Origin: Microcoleus sp.
GTDB taxonomy: Bacteria > Cyanobacteriota > Cyanobacteriia > Cyanobacteriales > Microcoleaceae
Assembly (NCBI GenBank): GCA_052279835.1
Contig: CP181291.1
Span: 4,096,001-4,160,000, forward strand
Length of the DNA: 64,000 nucleotides
Reading direction: 5' to 3'
Shown here: positions 51,499 to 62,238 of the stretch, in pieces
How positions within the stretch are numbered: the first letter of the stretch is position 1
Layout: each line of letters starts with the position of its first letter
Made by a program: the position numbers and the translations under genes
Notes under the pieces: model-generated
The model's input: only the letters and a program-made list of their open reading frames with translations
The model's database searches: none
What the model was told of the DNA's origin: nothing

Positions 51499-53649
51499 CT
51501 AGCAGTTTTCGCCTCGCTCGCACTCCTCCCCTGGAGCATGGGCTCCTAACCCAAAATCTCCTGCCTCAAACCACTGTGCTTTAATTAACGACCACCAATC
51601 AGCAGTTAGCCCTTTTAAAATATATTCATAAGGAAGCCAACCATAACCTTTCTGACCCCATCCTGTTCCCCAAGAGTTTCTGATTAGGAAGGCTCCCCTT
51701 GACTTTTCTTTACCATCAGAATGCTTAATTTCTTTGTAGTTATTGTAGCCAACTGCCAAAACCGTATGCCCTCCTATGACTTGATCTTTTTTACTGGGGT
51801 AGGGAATACAGCCACTACTGATGTTCTCTTTATTGTAAATGGAACTGTAGACCGTAAATCCGAATATACAGGGAAAATCCGCTGCTAAAACTGCTTGAAT
51901 TTGAAAGAGCAGAATTTCTTTGGTAAGATCGGGGCGATCGAGGCGGAAATATTTAAGTGTTTTATAGTTTTGGGCATAGGAATAGCAGAATGCTGGCGGA
52001 TCTTCATCAAACTTATCCGCCTCATAAGACCAGTATTTTTCTGGGGGAACTCCGAATGCTACCATTGTTTTCATAGTTTCCCGCACAGATGCTCCCACAT
52101 CCCCCGTAGAGTTCATTAAATTTCGCGCTACTTTATAGAGAAATAGTGGAGAAATAGAGGTATACTCGTCTTTAGCTTTTCTGGCAAAGTATTCTAATAG
52201 TGCCGCCGCTGCAAAAGCTGTACATGAGTTAAGAGAACCTTGGTTTCTAATTGGAGAACACCAGGAAGATAAGTCCATGACGCTAGGTAGAATAGCGTAG
52301 GGTTTAAGATATTCTTCTGGTAACTTTTTCCTATATTTTTCATACCATTTTCTGTTAACTAAAAGTTCTACCTTTGTGAGGGGAATGATGTTTTCAATAT
52401 CTGTTGAAGCCAATTGCCTTTTTGTATCTTTCTTTTGTTTCTTGCAATCTTCATTATCTTCCTGATCTTTTTCAATTTCAAACAAGTATAGTGACGAAAA
52501 TGAGTTTAAAAGTTCTTGGTTTGCGGTGAGGTTATATTTGTCTATATATCCTTGAACAATTACTTGAATCACTTTATAAAAAGTTATTATTTTTAATTTT
52601 TCTTGGTCGGTCTGATCTGACTTTTCTAGATCTTCTAGTTCTATCTTTAGGCGTTCTGCTACTTTTAAAATAGCTCCTTTAACAGAGGAGTTTTTTAGCT
52701 CTTGAGCAAAGTTTTTAAATTTGAATTTGTTTAATTCTGTTTGTAAAGCAGATTCTATGTCTTCGTGAGTAGCAAAAGGCGAGAGCAGTTCAGTTATTGC
52801 AGATACGAGTGGCTCAACTACATAAAACTCTTGTTTGAACATTTCAAAAAACTTAGACTGACTTGAATCTTTTTGATTTGCTGGTTCTGTTTCTTTAAAT
52901 TCTAACATTTCTGGAAAGAACAAAGCTATTTCCTTATGGTCTTTGGGAACCGTATTAAAAGATATCCACCAGGATTTAAGAGTATCAAAAATAATCTTAA
53001 ATGTACTATTTTTTATCCAAATAGGAATAGGTAGCAAGTCAGCTAAAGGAGTATTTTTATCTGGCTGTGAATAGTTGATATCGCCAAGAAAATTACCGAT
53101 CGCAGTATAAGTTTCTACTCCGACTACACCATCTAGTCTAATATTAACTTGTTTTTGGAATGCCTCAACAATTTTTTGCGTATTCTTATCAAACTCTTCA
53201 CTATGTAGCCATTTCCAATATTCTGACTGATTTTTAAAGAAGTCCATCGGCTTAAAATCAGAAAGCCTGGGATGAGAACTCAGCAAATGAAAGTAATACT
53301 TTAACTGTCTAATTTGGGCGCTTGGGTCAATACCTAACTTCAAACTTTTGCTATAAACTTTGACTTTGACAAATTTAACTTCCCCAAATACTTGATTCTC
53401 TAGAGCTGTTTTTAAATTTTCGAGAGGTAATTGCCCCGATAATTGTTGCAGAGTTTCAATTAATTCAATCAAGTTTTCTGCAATATCTTCAATCGATTTA
53501 GTAACTTCGTTTCTTCTGAGATTACCACTTTTTTTAACTTCCTCACTATCTAAGAGATAATCTCTCTCATCTGGATAGTCTGGCACCCATCCCAATCCTT
53601 GCTTTCTCCAGTCTTTCGCTTGGTTGTTTGCTGTTCCTTGAGTTTCCAT
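51499..53649 (-). CDS. C1 (papain-like) cysteine peptidase with large insertion containing a peptidoglycan-binding-like motif
   Basis: LGWVPDYPD; QGSLNSCTAF (Q, C), GGHTV (H), IRNSWG (N); FDKNT...VEAFQ......DGVVG.ETY. Confidence 0.85.
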   Translation of the reverse strand: METQGTANNQAKDWRKQGLGWVPDYPDERDYLLDSEEVKKSGNLRRNEVTKSIEDIAENLIELIETLQQLSGQLPLENLKTALENQVFGEVKFVKVKVYSKSLKLGIDPSAQIRQLKYYFHLLSSHPRLSDFKPMDFFKNQSEYWKWLHSEEFDKNTQKIVEAFQKQVNIRLDGVVGVETYTAIGNFLGDINYSQPDKNTPLADLLPIPIWIKNSTFKIIFDTLKSWWISFNTVPKDHKEIALFFPEMLEFKETEPANQKDSSQSKFFEMFKQEFYVVEPLVSAITELLSPFATHEDIESALQTELNKFKFKNFAQELKNSSVKGAILKVAERLKIELEDLEKSDQTDQEKLKIITFYKVIQVIVQGYIDKYNLTANQELLNSFSSLYLFEIEKDQEDNEDCKKQKKDTKRQLASTDIENIIPLTKVELLVNRKWYEKYRKKLPEEYLKPYAILPSVMDLSSWCSPIRNQGSLNSCTAFAAAALLEYFARKAKDEYTSISPLFLYKVARNLMNSTGDVGASVRETMKTMVAFGVPPEKYWSYEADKFDEDPPAFCYSYAQNYKTLKYFRLDRPDLTKEILLFQIQAVLAADFPCIFGFTVYSSIYNKENISSGCIPYPSKKDQVIGGHTVLAVGYNNYKEIKHSDGKEKSRGAFLIRNSWGTGWGQKGYGWLPYEYILKGLTADWWSLIKAQWFEAGDFGLGAHAPGEECERGENC

Positions 53650-56584
53650 TTTTACCTCGATGTTTTTATTGAATTAAGTTGAGTAAAAGTGATAAAGACT
53701 TACTTGCAAATATTTTGCGGAGCTTGGGGATTAGTCTGCAAGTAGCCGTGTAAATGTTTGCACCCTCGTTCTAGCAAACCCTCTAGAGTTAAATTTTCTA
53801 ACTCCCGCCATATAATTATACTACCGTCTGAACTGCCAGAGATCAGGATTTTACTATTTGTGGGATTAAAGCTAATACTATTAACCGCACCGCTATGACC
53901 CTTGAGAGTCGTGATGATAGTCCCATCTAAGTTCCACAGTTTAATGGTGCGATCATCACTAGCAGTAGCAATTGTATTACCGTCAGGACTGAAACGAACG
54001 CTCGTCACTTGATCGCTATGACCTGTTATATTTTTTAACAGTTGACCGTTGAGATTCCAAAGTTTTACAGTTTTGTCTTCACTAGCAGTAGCAATCAGGT
54101 TTCTTTGGGGATGAAAAGTTATATCCTGAACTGCTGCATCATGTCCTTCTAAAGTAGCTTTTGGTTTTCCTTTTAGATCCCAAAGCTTTGCCGTGAAATC
54201 GCCGCTAGCAGTAGCCATATAGTCACCATTAGGACTAAAAATAACAGTCCATATTTCTCTTTTATGAGCTAAGAACTCATTTTTATCTCTGCCATCTATA
54301 CCTAATATTTTCACAGTCCCTTTACTATCAGCAAAAGCAAGTAAGGGATTACTTATAATCGGATTAAAGCTAACGCTACTAGAACTTTCTAAAGGGCTTT
54401 GCCTAGATATATTCTTATCTAGTTGGTATTGTTTTCCTTGCCAAGTCCAAAGCTTGACAGTATCATCACGACTGCTACTAGCAATTTTATCGCCATTCGG
54501 CGGGCTGAACTCTACGCTATTAACTTGCTGGGTATGTCCGATTAAAGATTGTTGCCACTTGCCATTTTTATCCCAAATTTGTATTGCGTTATCTTGACCA
54601 GCACTAGCAAATTTTTGACCGTCAGGACTAAAGCTTACATAAAATACTTTCTGGCTATCAGCTTGGAGACGAGTCACTAAAGGCAGTTTAACTTGCCAAA
54701 GTCTTACTGTACGATCGCCACTAGCTGAAGCCAGGATATCTCCCTTCTTGTTAAAGCTAACGCTTTTTACTCGGCTGGTATGACCGCTAAGAGTTTCTAT
54801 TTTTTTTGTTTCTTTTTCGTTTTGCTCCCAAAGTTGCACTTGACCGTCTAAGTTTGCAGTGGCAATTGTTTTTTTGTCAGGACTAAAACTTACACTGGTA
54901 AATCCGCTTTCTCCCTTTATCGTTAGGTTACTCAGAGGAGTACCGTTTAATTTCCAAAATCTGACTATCTTATTTTGGCTAGCTGTAGCAATCATTTGAC
55001 CATCATGGCTAAAACTTACACTATTAACGCTGGAGTTGTGTTGCAAAATTATTGGATTTTGTGGTGGTACTTTTGGTGTTAACTTCCAAAGTTTGACAGT
55101 GCCATCTTGACTGGCAGAAGCTAACATATTTTCTTGTTTATTAAACCTTAAGTCGAAAACTGTCTTCTTATGAGGTTGAAATGAGTCTATCTTTTCTCCG
55201 TTGGTGGAGTTCCAGAAAGTGACTTTACCACTTTTATCGCCTGTGGCAATCCTGTCATTGGAGATGAAAGTAACGCTATAAACTAAATTGTCATGTGGCA
55301 AGGTGTCTTTCAAAGTGCCGTCTCGATTCCAAAGTTTTACATTTTTGTCGAAACTAGCACTGGCAATTATTTTGCTGTCGGGACTAAAATTTACAGAAAA
55401 GACTGAATCATTATGGGGTAATGAGATAGGTTTTTTTTGATTTTTTTCGAGGTTCCAGAGTTTTACTGTGTTGTCATAGCCAGCGCTAGCAAGCATTGTA
55501 CCGTCGGGGCTGAAACTTACGCTTTGAACGGTGTCGTTGTGAGCTTGGATGCGATCGCGCTCTCTTACCCAGTAAACTGCTTGTGTTAGGGTTTCCATCA
55601 CTTGTTCGCGCACTTCTTTATTGCCTGGAACCCAATCTATCTGTTTTAACCTAGTAGCTGCTTTTAAAGCTTCAACCAAAGGGTCGAGAGAATTTCGATT
55701 TAGAATAAATTTGGCTTCTGATGCTTGACTTAAAGCTAGGATTTGACCTCTTTGTGCGTTAATCCAAGCAGTTCCTGCCAGCATTGTCAATCCTGTCATG
55801 GCAATTAGAGATGCGATCGCAAACCGAGTCCGCTTTCGCTCTTGTTCTACTTTTTCTTGAATTTGCCGATCGCGCCTACCCAAACTCTCCCTCAAAAACT
55901 CACTTTTCAACAGAGAAAGTCTAGGCTGCTCCTTCTTCACCCAATCATCAATTGCCGCCAACCACGTACCCGCCAACAACAAACCTTCTGGCCGATTCTG
56001 CTTATTCCACTCCTGACAATCCCCCTCCAAACGCCGCTCTAAACGAATATTATCCCGATTATCCTCTATCCACTCTCGCAGTCGCCGCCACTCCGATAAC
56101 AACGCTTCATGAGCAACTTCTACCTTATTTTCATCGGTAATAATTAAACGCTGATTCCAATTCGCTAACTGCCGCGTCACTCGCTCCAATTGTTCTTGAG
56201 AATCTGCTTTATCCAGTAAATCTTGCCAACTGGCGCGGCGGCGCGTAACCTCCTGATTTTCTCCCAATTGTACCAATTCCAAAAACAGGCAGCGTACAAA
56301 TTTTTGATCGGCTTCAGCTAAATTTTGATAAAGTTCGTCAGCGCGTTTTTCTAATGCGCCTTTCACTCCTTTAATTTGTTTATAACCCTCAAAAGTTAGC
56401 TGGGTTTGCCCCTGATTTGAATCTGTAACGCAAACTCGCCAAAGCTCTGCCAAAGCATACTGCAATAGTGGTAAAGCTCCGGCTTGATTGACCACATCTC
56501 TAATAATTTGCGCTACCAATCCCGATTCAAATCTAATAGCGTGCTTTTCTGCTGGCTGTTCAATTGCTTCTGTTATAGCCTTTC

Positions 56585-57541
56585 TCAGATAGATGAGGTG
56601 CAATAACAGCAGTGAGTAAACCAATTCCACAGGTCTTGCTCATCAATTTGCTCAAATGCGCTTACTATCGCCGAGTCTAATGCTTGATAGGTTCTCGCAC
56701 CAAAAGTACGGAGAAGATACTTCAGCTTTGACCATACATTTTCAATTGGCGAAAAGTCGGGAGAATACGGGGGTAAAAATATTAACTTTGCTCCCGCTTT
56801 CTTAATGGCTTTTTCTATTTCTTCCCCTTTGTGAATACTATAGTTGTCCATCAATACACAAGCACCTTTCCAGAGTTTTGGCACAAGTTTTCTGATGATA
56901 AAAGCCTCAAAAGTAATCCCATCTATTGAGCCTAATAAATTCACTGATGTCAGCAGTTTTTTGACAGATATTGCTCCCAATATCGAGACATTTTTGCCAC
57001 GTCTATTTGGTTTAGGCCCAAGGGCTCTTGAGCCTTTTAACGACCGGGCATATAATCTAACCATAGCTAGATTAACCCCCGACTCATCAATAAATATTAA
57101 ATTATTCATATTCAGATTTCGGATTTGCTGCCAGAACTCATATCGAAGGTTTTGAACTCTGTCACTGCCTTTAGCTGAGGGGAAGAGAGTTTTTTTTTTG
57201 TAAGTTATGTTCAACCGTTGTGCCATTCTTCCCATTGTAGCCCTACTGATATTTACGCCGATTTTTTGCTCGAGTAAATGACAGAGTTCTTCGAGGGTGG
57301 CATCGTTATTTTTTTCAATTAATTCCGCTAAAATAACCAGTTGTTCAGGTTTGAGTTTAAGTAGGCCCCCGCATCGATGAGTTTGAGGGGCAATACTTTG
57401 GGTTTGGCGATACTGTTTAAGCAATTTTTGAACGAAGCTAGTCGCCACACAAAACCGCTTGGCTATTTGTCTTTGTGAGATGGGCTCACTATGGTAAACA
57501 TTAATTATTTTTTGTCGAAAGTCAATAGAATAAGATTTCAT
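56585..57541 (-). CDS. IS630 family transposase
   Basis: MKSYSIDFRQK, FIDESG, MDNYSIH, LPPYSPDFSPIE (DDE triad); single open frame. Confidence 0.93.
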   Translation of the reverse strand: MKSYSIDFRQKIINVYHSEPISQRQIAKRFCVATSFVQKLLKQYRQTQSIAPQTHRCGGLLKLKPEQLVILAELIEKNNDATLEELCHLLEQKIGVNISRATMGRMAQRLNITYKKKTLFPSAKGSDRVQNLRYEFWQQIRNLNMNNLIFIDESGVNLAMVRLYARSLKGSRALGPKPNRRGKNVSILGAISVKKLLTSVNLLGSIDGITFEAFIIRKLVPKLWKGACVLMDNYSIHKGEEIEKAIKKAGAKLIFLPPYSPDFSPIENVWSKLKYLLRTFGARTYQALDSAIVSAFEQIDEQDLWNWFTHCCYCTSSI

Positions 57542-57579
57542 TTTTAGTAAGGTGTGATGCTTTTTACAATCAGGGAATA

Positions 57580-57717
57580 GCTGTGACCCGATCGACTGCT
57601 TTTGGCGATCGACTGCTGTGACCCGATCGACTGCTTTTGGCGATCGACTGCTTTTGGCGATCGACTGCTGTGACCCGATCGACTGCTGTGACCCGATCGA
57701 CTGCTGTGACCCGATCG
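57580..57717. repeat. 17/18-bp tandem units, each with a CGATCG core, inside the IS630
   Basis: A=CTGCTGTGACCCGATCGA, B=CTGCTTTTGGCGATCGA in order A B A B B A A A (end units partial). Confidence 0.88.
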
Positions 57718-59352
57718 GGGCTTCAATCACAAGATTGAATTAGAGCTGTGCGATCTTTTTGAACTAAATATTTTCCACTCTGTTCTTGTCAGTTACATTG
57801 TATCTCATCTACCTGAGAAAGGCTATAATTCAGCCGTAGTCATCGGGGTAACTAAATAAGTCGTTGGCTGCGTACAGTTAATCAAGTTTGCTGTCTCTTC
57901 ATAGCCAGCGCACCGATCTAGAAAATCTCCCCGAATTGCTACAATTACCCGCGTGTGCCCGTATATTTTAGTAGCTTCTTGGGTAATTTTACTAATGAAT
58001 TCCCGCTGTTGAGATTCATCTGAACCTAGTGTAAACAATTCCTCAAATTGATCGATGAATAGCAAAAATGTTTTGTCTGGTTCTCGATTTGCTAAAGCTT
58101 GCTCTAACTTCTCCAAAGGATATTTGCCAGGAGTGAAAATTTTCACTTCCCACTGACTGCTATCGGGAATCAGATCGCGATTCAATTCAGGCAGTACCCC
58201 CGCCTTTACCAGCGAAGATTTACCGCAACCAGACGGGCCAATCACTGCTAAAAATCTGCTCTTGCTGAGCCGTTCTCCTATACCTCTGACTGCCGCTTTT
58301 CGACCAAAAAAATAATCTTTTTTATTGGCATCAAATGCCATTAGCCCTAAATAAGGATTTTCTCTATTAACCACAGCTTGCGCTGCTGGAACTTCAACTA
58401 CAGGCGGAGCGATCGCCAGTGGGTTATTGATTAAAATAATCGAAGTTCCCCAGCCTAATTTTAAAGGCTGTTGCGTGGCTCCTCTGAGTTCCCGGCTGAT
58501 GTAGTCGTAGAGGCGATCGCAGCTAATTTCCCCATCGCTGCTGGCATTTTCTGCTCTCAATCCTCTCAGCAAAGCACCTGTAAAAACACTATTTTTCTCA
58601 CTTTTTCGTGCCTTTCCTGTTTGAAATCCACGACAGGCAGCAATCAAATAATAATCCTTCTCCAAGCTGATGCCAAAACTGTGCGTGATCAAATTGCGCT
58701 CGATAAAATTACCGCTGTGGCAGCAATCCAATAAGACAACTAAACTGCTCAACTCAGACTCGCTGATTAAGTCATTTAGATCGTTAAAAGGAATCCCGCC
58801 TTGTACTTCAATAATACGCAACTCATCTTTGTTGCCCTCTGATTTGATGACATCACCTTTGATCTGGCAATCAGACGTAGCCAAATACCCCCTCGGCTTT
58901 CCAGAAAGCCCCTCTGCCTTCAGCCCATGTCCCGTAAAATATATTAACGCATCCTTATTTCGGGCTTGCTCAAGGAGCAAAGTTTCTATAGCTTGCCACA
59001 ATTCTTTAGCTGTTACTGGCTGATTCACCATTTCCCGCTTTTTTGTTTCTGGATTAATGCGAGATGGTAAACGCTGTACTTCTGTAAAATCTCCATATTG
59101 CTCTAAGACTTGTGCTACGGCTTCGGCATCTGCTGTGGGCTTTTCCAGATGAGGCAAACCTTTAGTATTATACTGACCGATACCAACAATGAGGGCGTAA
59201 CGAGCCATTGAAGGAAAACCTTTGTGTAGGAATACTGATATTTATGAACTGACACCCTTTTTTCGTCCGATCTAATAAACTAGGATAGACGAAAATTTCT
59301 GAAACAACTACAAAATTCACAAAAGTTCACTTAAATTTTAGAGAGGTTGCCA

Positions 59353-59736
59353 ATGTCAGAAGTACAGCGCTTGTTAGTTGAAGTCGAGGGTGAAACCTAT
59401 GAAATCTATGTCGAATCAAGGGAAACTCCTATTATGCCAGAGGTTGCACCTAATCTAAACTCAGATGACGAGGAGGAATCCTACTCTTTTCAACTCGAAG
59501 ATGCCGCCGTTAAAATGCAGGAAGCTCGCCGAGTCATTCGGGGCTATTCCCTTTATACCATTAGTGCTTTCAAAAATTTTGGCCTCGCTAAGGTAGAAGA
59601 GGTTAAACTAAAATTTGGTATCAAGATGGGGGGTAAAGCTGGTATTCCTTACATCACTGAAGGTTCTGCCGACTGCAATGTAGAAATAGAAGTTAAGTTT
59701 ACTTTCCCTAACGAAACTGAGGAGCGATCGTCTTAA
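59353..59736 (+). CDS. Trypco1-like (CU044_2847-type) protease-associated protein
   Basis: Acidic N-terminus then VEEVKLKFGIKMGGKAGIPYITEGSADCNVEIEVKF; divergent from the caspase-STAND gene. Confidence 0.78.
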   Translation: MSEVQRLLVEVEGETYEIYVESRETPIMPEVAPNLNSDDEEESYSFQLEDAAVKMQEARRVIRGYSLYTISAFKNFGLAKVEEVKLKFGIKMGGKAGIPYITEGSADCNVEIEVKFTFPNETEERSS

Positions 59737-59757
59737 ATTAGCCTTGATGCCATCAAA

Positions 59758-59798
59758 AGGGCTGCTTTCTACCAAAAGTTAGATTCAAAAGCAGCCCT
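59758..59798. terminator. Hairpin between convergent genes
   Basis: AGGGCTGCTTT / AAAGCAGCCCT. Confidence 0.5.
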
Positions 59799-59841
59799 GA
59801 TAATTGTAGCCTTAGCCTATACAAGGCCTAACAACATTAAT

Positions 59842-59905
59842 ATGCAAATTCAAATACCAGACTGGGTTAAACACGCCGTATTTTAACAAATATTCCCCCG
59901 ATCGC
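59842..59905 (+). pseudogene. 5' remnant of a GH13 (neopullulanase/alpha-amylase-like) gene
   Basis: Translates MQIQIPDWVKHAVF*QIFP, then DR after one extra C; matches the PDWV..AVFYQIFPDRF GH13 start. Confidence 0.75.
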
Positions 59906-59996
59906 AAAAATCTCTCCCTTCCATACCCCGATACCCGACTTCTTCAAGAAATCGGGTATCTAAAGCAACCTAATTAACTCCTAAAAGCGCTAAAAA

Positions 59997-61094
59997 CTAC
60001 TTATTTTTCTGCTGAGTCTTAGCTTGTTCGATCGCAATTTCCTTCACAGCCTGAAACGAATTCAAATTCGACGCACCTTCAATCGCCTTCACCGCCAAAT
60101 CTTGCACCTGTTTCAACGCAGAATCTAATTGTTTCGACAAGCTAGCAATCCGAGACTCTTGATTTTGAATAGTCTGCAACATACCTTGAATTTGCAGTTC
60201 ATAATTTTGCTTTTGTCCTTCCAAATCTTTAGCAAACAAATCCGCCTTCACTTTAGCTTGATAATTGCCGATGTTCCGACCATTATCTTTACCATTCTTG
60301 ATATTAGCTTCCAGTTCTTTCGGAAAAGCTTCCACCTTTGCTTTCACCTCAGCATAAAGTTTTTCCCGTTCCGCAATAGATTTCTCCCGTTCCGCCCACT
60401 GTTTCTCCTGTTTCTGCTTAAATTCTTCGATTTCTTTGTACAGCCTTTGCTGGCGCTGTTCATATTCTTCGATATCCAGATTGCGCTGAAGCTCCAAATC
60501 ATAATCATACAACTCTTCATCCCGATCGCGAACTTTTTGCTCGCTATCATTCCGTTCTTGAACTGCTAATTCTTGCAGTTGTTGCTCTTTTTCCCAAGCC
60601 TTGCGTAATTCCTGGAGTTCCTGTTCAATAGTTTCTCGCTGTTGGCTGATTTCTTCAGTAAATGTTTTCGCACTTTCTTCGTATTCTTGGATTAAATTAT
60701 CCAGGGTATCTTCTGCAACATCTTCTAAACTGTGTAACTCTTGGAGTTGTTGAACTTCCTCACCCACATTCCGCCGTAATTCCTCCAGTTTAGACGCTTC
60801 CGAGGTCAGTTTTTCAGACAATTCGCTGACCGCACCACCGAAGCCAAATTGCAGTAAAATTAAATTGTCGATCGTAGCCTGCATTTTTTGTTGAGTTTGA
60901 GTTACAACCATTGGTTTATTTACCTCGATAATCGCTTTTTCTGGAACTACTGTTTGCTTTTGCGAAACATTGACTGATGGGCTTTTATTAACCTGCTTCA
61001 GTTGCAATTCCAAAGCAGCCTTAGCTTCTGTTGCTTCTTTGTATGCTTCCAAAATTTCAGCTTTGGTACTCTTATCACTCACTTTTTTGTTCAC
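59997..61094 (-). CDS. Coiled-coil-rich protein, paralogue B
   Basis: E/Q/K-rich heptads; LSEKL...SKL.EL and Q.QDLA.KA shared with its neighbour; GTG start with AGGAG. Confidence 0.8.
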   Translation of the reverse strand: MNKKVSDKSTKAEILEAYKEATEAKAALELQLKQVNKSPSVNVSQKQTVVPEKAIIEVNKPMVVTQTQQKMQATIDNLILLQFGFGGAVSELSEKLTSEASKLEELRRNVGEEVQQLQELHSLEDVAEDTLDNLIQEYEESAKTFTEEISQQRETIEQELQELRKAWEKEQQLQELAVQERNDSEQKVRDRDEELYDYDLELQRNLDIEEYEQRQQRLYKEIEEFKQKQEKQWAEREKSIAEREKLYAEVKAKVEAFPKELEANIKNGKDNGRNIGNYQAKVKADLFAKDLEGQKQNYELQIQGMLQTIQNQESRIASLSKQLDSALKQVQDLAVKAIEGASNLNSFQAVKEIAIEQAKTQQKNK

Positions 61095-61205
61095 AACTTT
61101 TCATCTCCTAATCATTGGGCGATTTTTGTTTGATTTAAGTTCAAATTCTTAGTCCGCGCAGGCGGACTTCGCTTGTGTAGTCGCGGTTTAAACCGCCGAA
61201 TTTCT

Positions 61206-62183
61206 TTAAGATTTAGTAGCAAAAGCTTTCATTGCCAAATCTTGCGCTTGCTTCATCGTAGCTTGCAGTTGCGCCGAAATTTCTGCAATTTGTTCAGTTT
61301 GTCGCCCAATAGTCTGCTGCAAAGATTGCACTTTCAATTCATATCCCTGCTTAGTTCCTTCCCATTCTTTATCCACTAAATCTGCTTTGACTTTAGCTTC
61401 GCGGGAAACCTCTTGAATGGCTTCTTCTTTGGCTTTTATATAAGCCTGTTTGAGTTCTTCTTCAAATCCGGCTGCTTTAGTTTGATTCTTTTCAAACTCA
61501 GCTTGATTGTCACTCAGGACTTGTTCACGCTCTACCCAATTCTTCTCTTTTTCGCGGGTATATTGCTGCAATTCTCGTTCTAGTTTGCGTTTCTTTTCTT
61601 CGTATTCGTCAGTTTCAATTTTGCGAGTGCGTTCTAATTCGTAGCGATAATCGGCTGTTTCCTGTTGACGTTCTTTGAGTATTAGTGCAGTTTGTTCTGC
61701 AACTGCTACGTCGAATTCTTGTTGTTCTTTTTCCCAGATTTTGCGTTTTTGAAGCCTGTCTTTTTCGATAACTTCGTGCTGAAGGGCTGCACTTTGCTCT
61801 AAGGCTGTTATTTTCTCTTGGTGTTCTTGGGTTAAAATATAGAGTGCATCTGCTACAACTCGGATTTGCTGCAATTGTTGCAATTGTGCTGTTTCTATTT
61901 CAAGGGCGCGCTTTAATTCATCTAATTTTGATAATTCCGTATTTAATTTTTCCGAAAGTCCGCTGATGATGTTACCAAAATCTAATTGTAAGTCGGCTAA
62001 ACCTTTGACAATACTGTCAATTGTATAGGTAGAAGCGACTTCGAGGAGTTGTTGGTTTTTGGCTTTTTCGGCTGACTGTTCTTTCGTTTCTACCTTCGAT
62101 TCAATCTTTTTTCTTTCAGCTATAATTTGCTGAAAATTTTGATGGATTTTGGCTTTGCTTTCTTTGGCTGTTCCTAGTGTCAT
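61206..62183 (-). CDS. Coiled-coil-rich protein, paralogue A
   Basis: Same shared motifs; AGGAG RBS. Confidence 0.8.
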   Translation of the reverse strand: MTLGTAKESKAKIHQNFQQIIAERKKIESKVETKEQSAEKAKNQQLLEVASTYTIDSIVKGLADLQLDFGNIISGLSEKLNTELSKLDELKRALEIETAQLQQLQQIRVVADALYILTQEHQEKITALEQSAALQHEVIEKDRLQKRKIWEKEQQEFDVAVAEQTALILKERQQETADYRYELERTRKIETDEYEEKKRKLERELQQYTREKEKNWVEREQVLSDNQAEFEKNQTKAAGFEEELKQAYIKAKEEAIQEVSREAKVKADLVDKEWEGTKQGYELKVQSLQQTIGRQTEQIAEISAQLQATMKQAQDLAMKAFATKS

Positions 62184-62238
62184 AATGCTGGTTTCTCCTG
62201 ATTCTAATTTTTATTTCTGTGTGTACAGAGGTGTTTAG

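Larger units (their letters stand above)
56576..57825 (-). mobile_element. IS630 family insertion sequence (1250 bp)
   Basis: TIRs TAGCCTTTCTCAG(A/G)TAGATGAG at both ends, flanked by duplicated TA (56574-56575, 57826-57827). Confidence 0.93.
53700..59208 (-). pseudogene. Caspase (C14)-nSTAND1 NTPase-TM-WD40 gene (about 1418 aa reconstructed) interrupted by IS630
   Basis: FTGHG and LDCCHSG dyad; [35 protein letters not shown] helix; WD repeats. Removing 56576-57827 restores PMTTAEL-TEAIEQPA in frame. Confidence 0.9.

Noticed and set aside
56574..56630. WD40 ORF start at 56630 as an independent gene
   Set aside because: Its first 19 codons derive from the IS630 end and target duplication; it is the 3' half of the interrupted STAND gene
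57580..57717. IS-internal repeat as a CRISPR array or as an N-terminal extension of the transposase (ORF from 57730)
   Set aside because: There are no spacers; the IGSQQS translation is a by-product of the repeat, and the IS630 N-terminus begins at MKSYS (57541)
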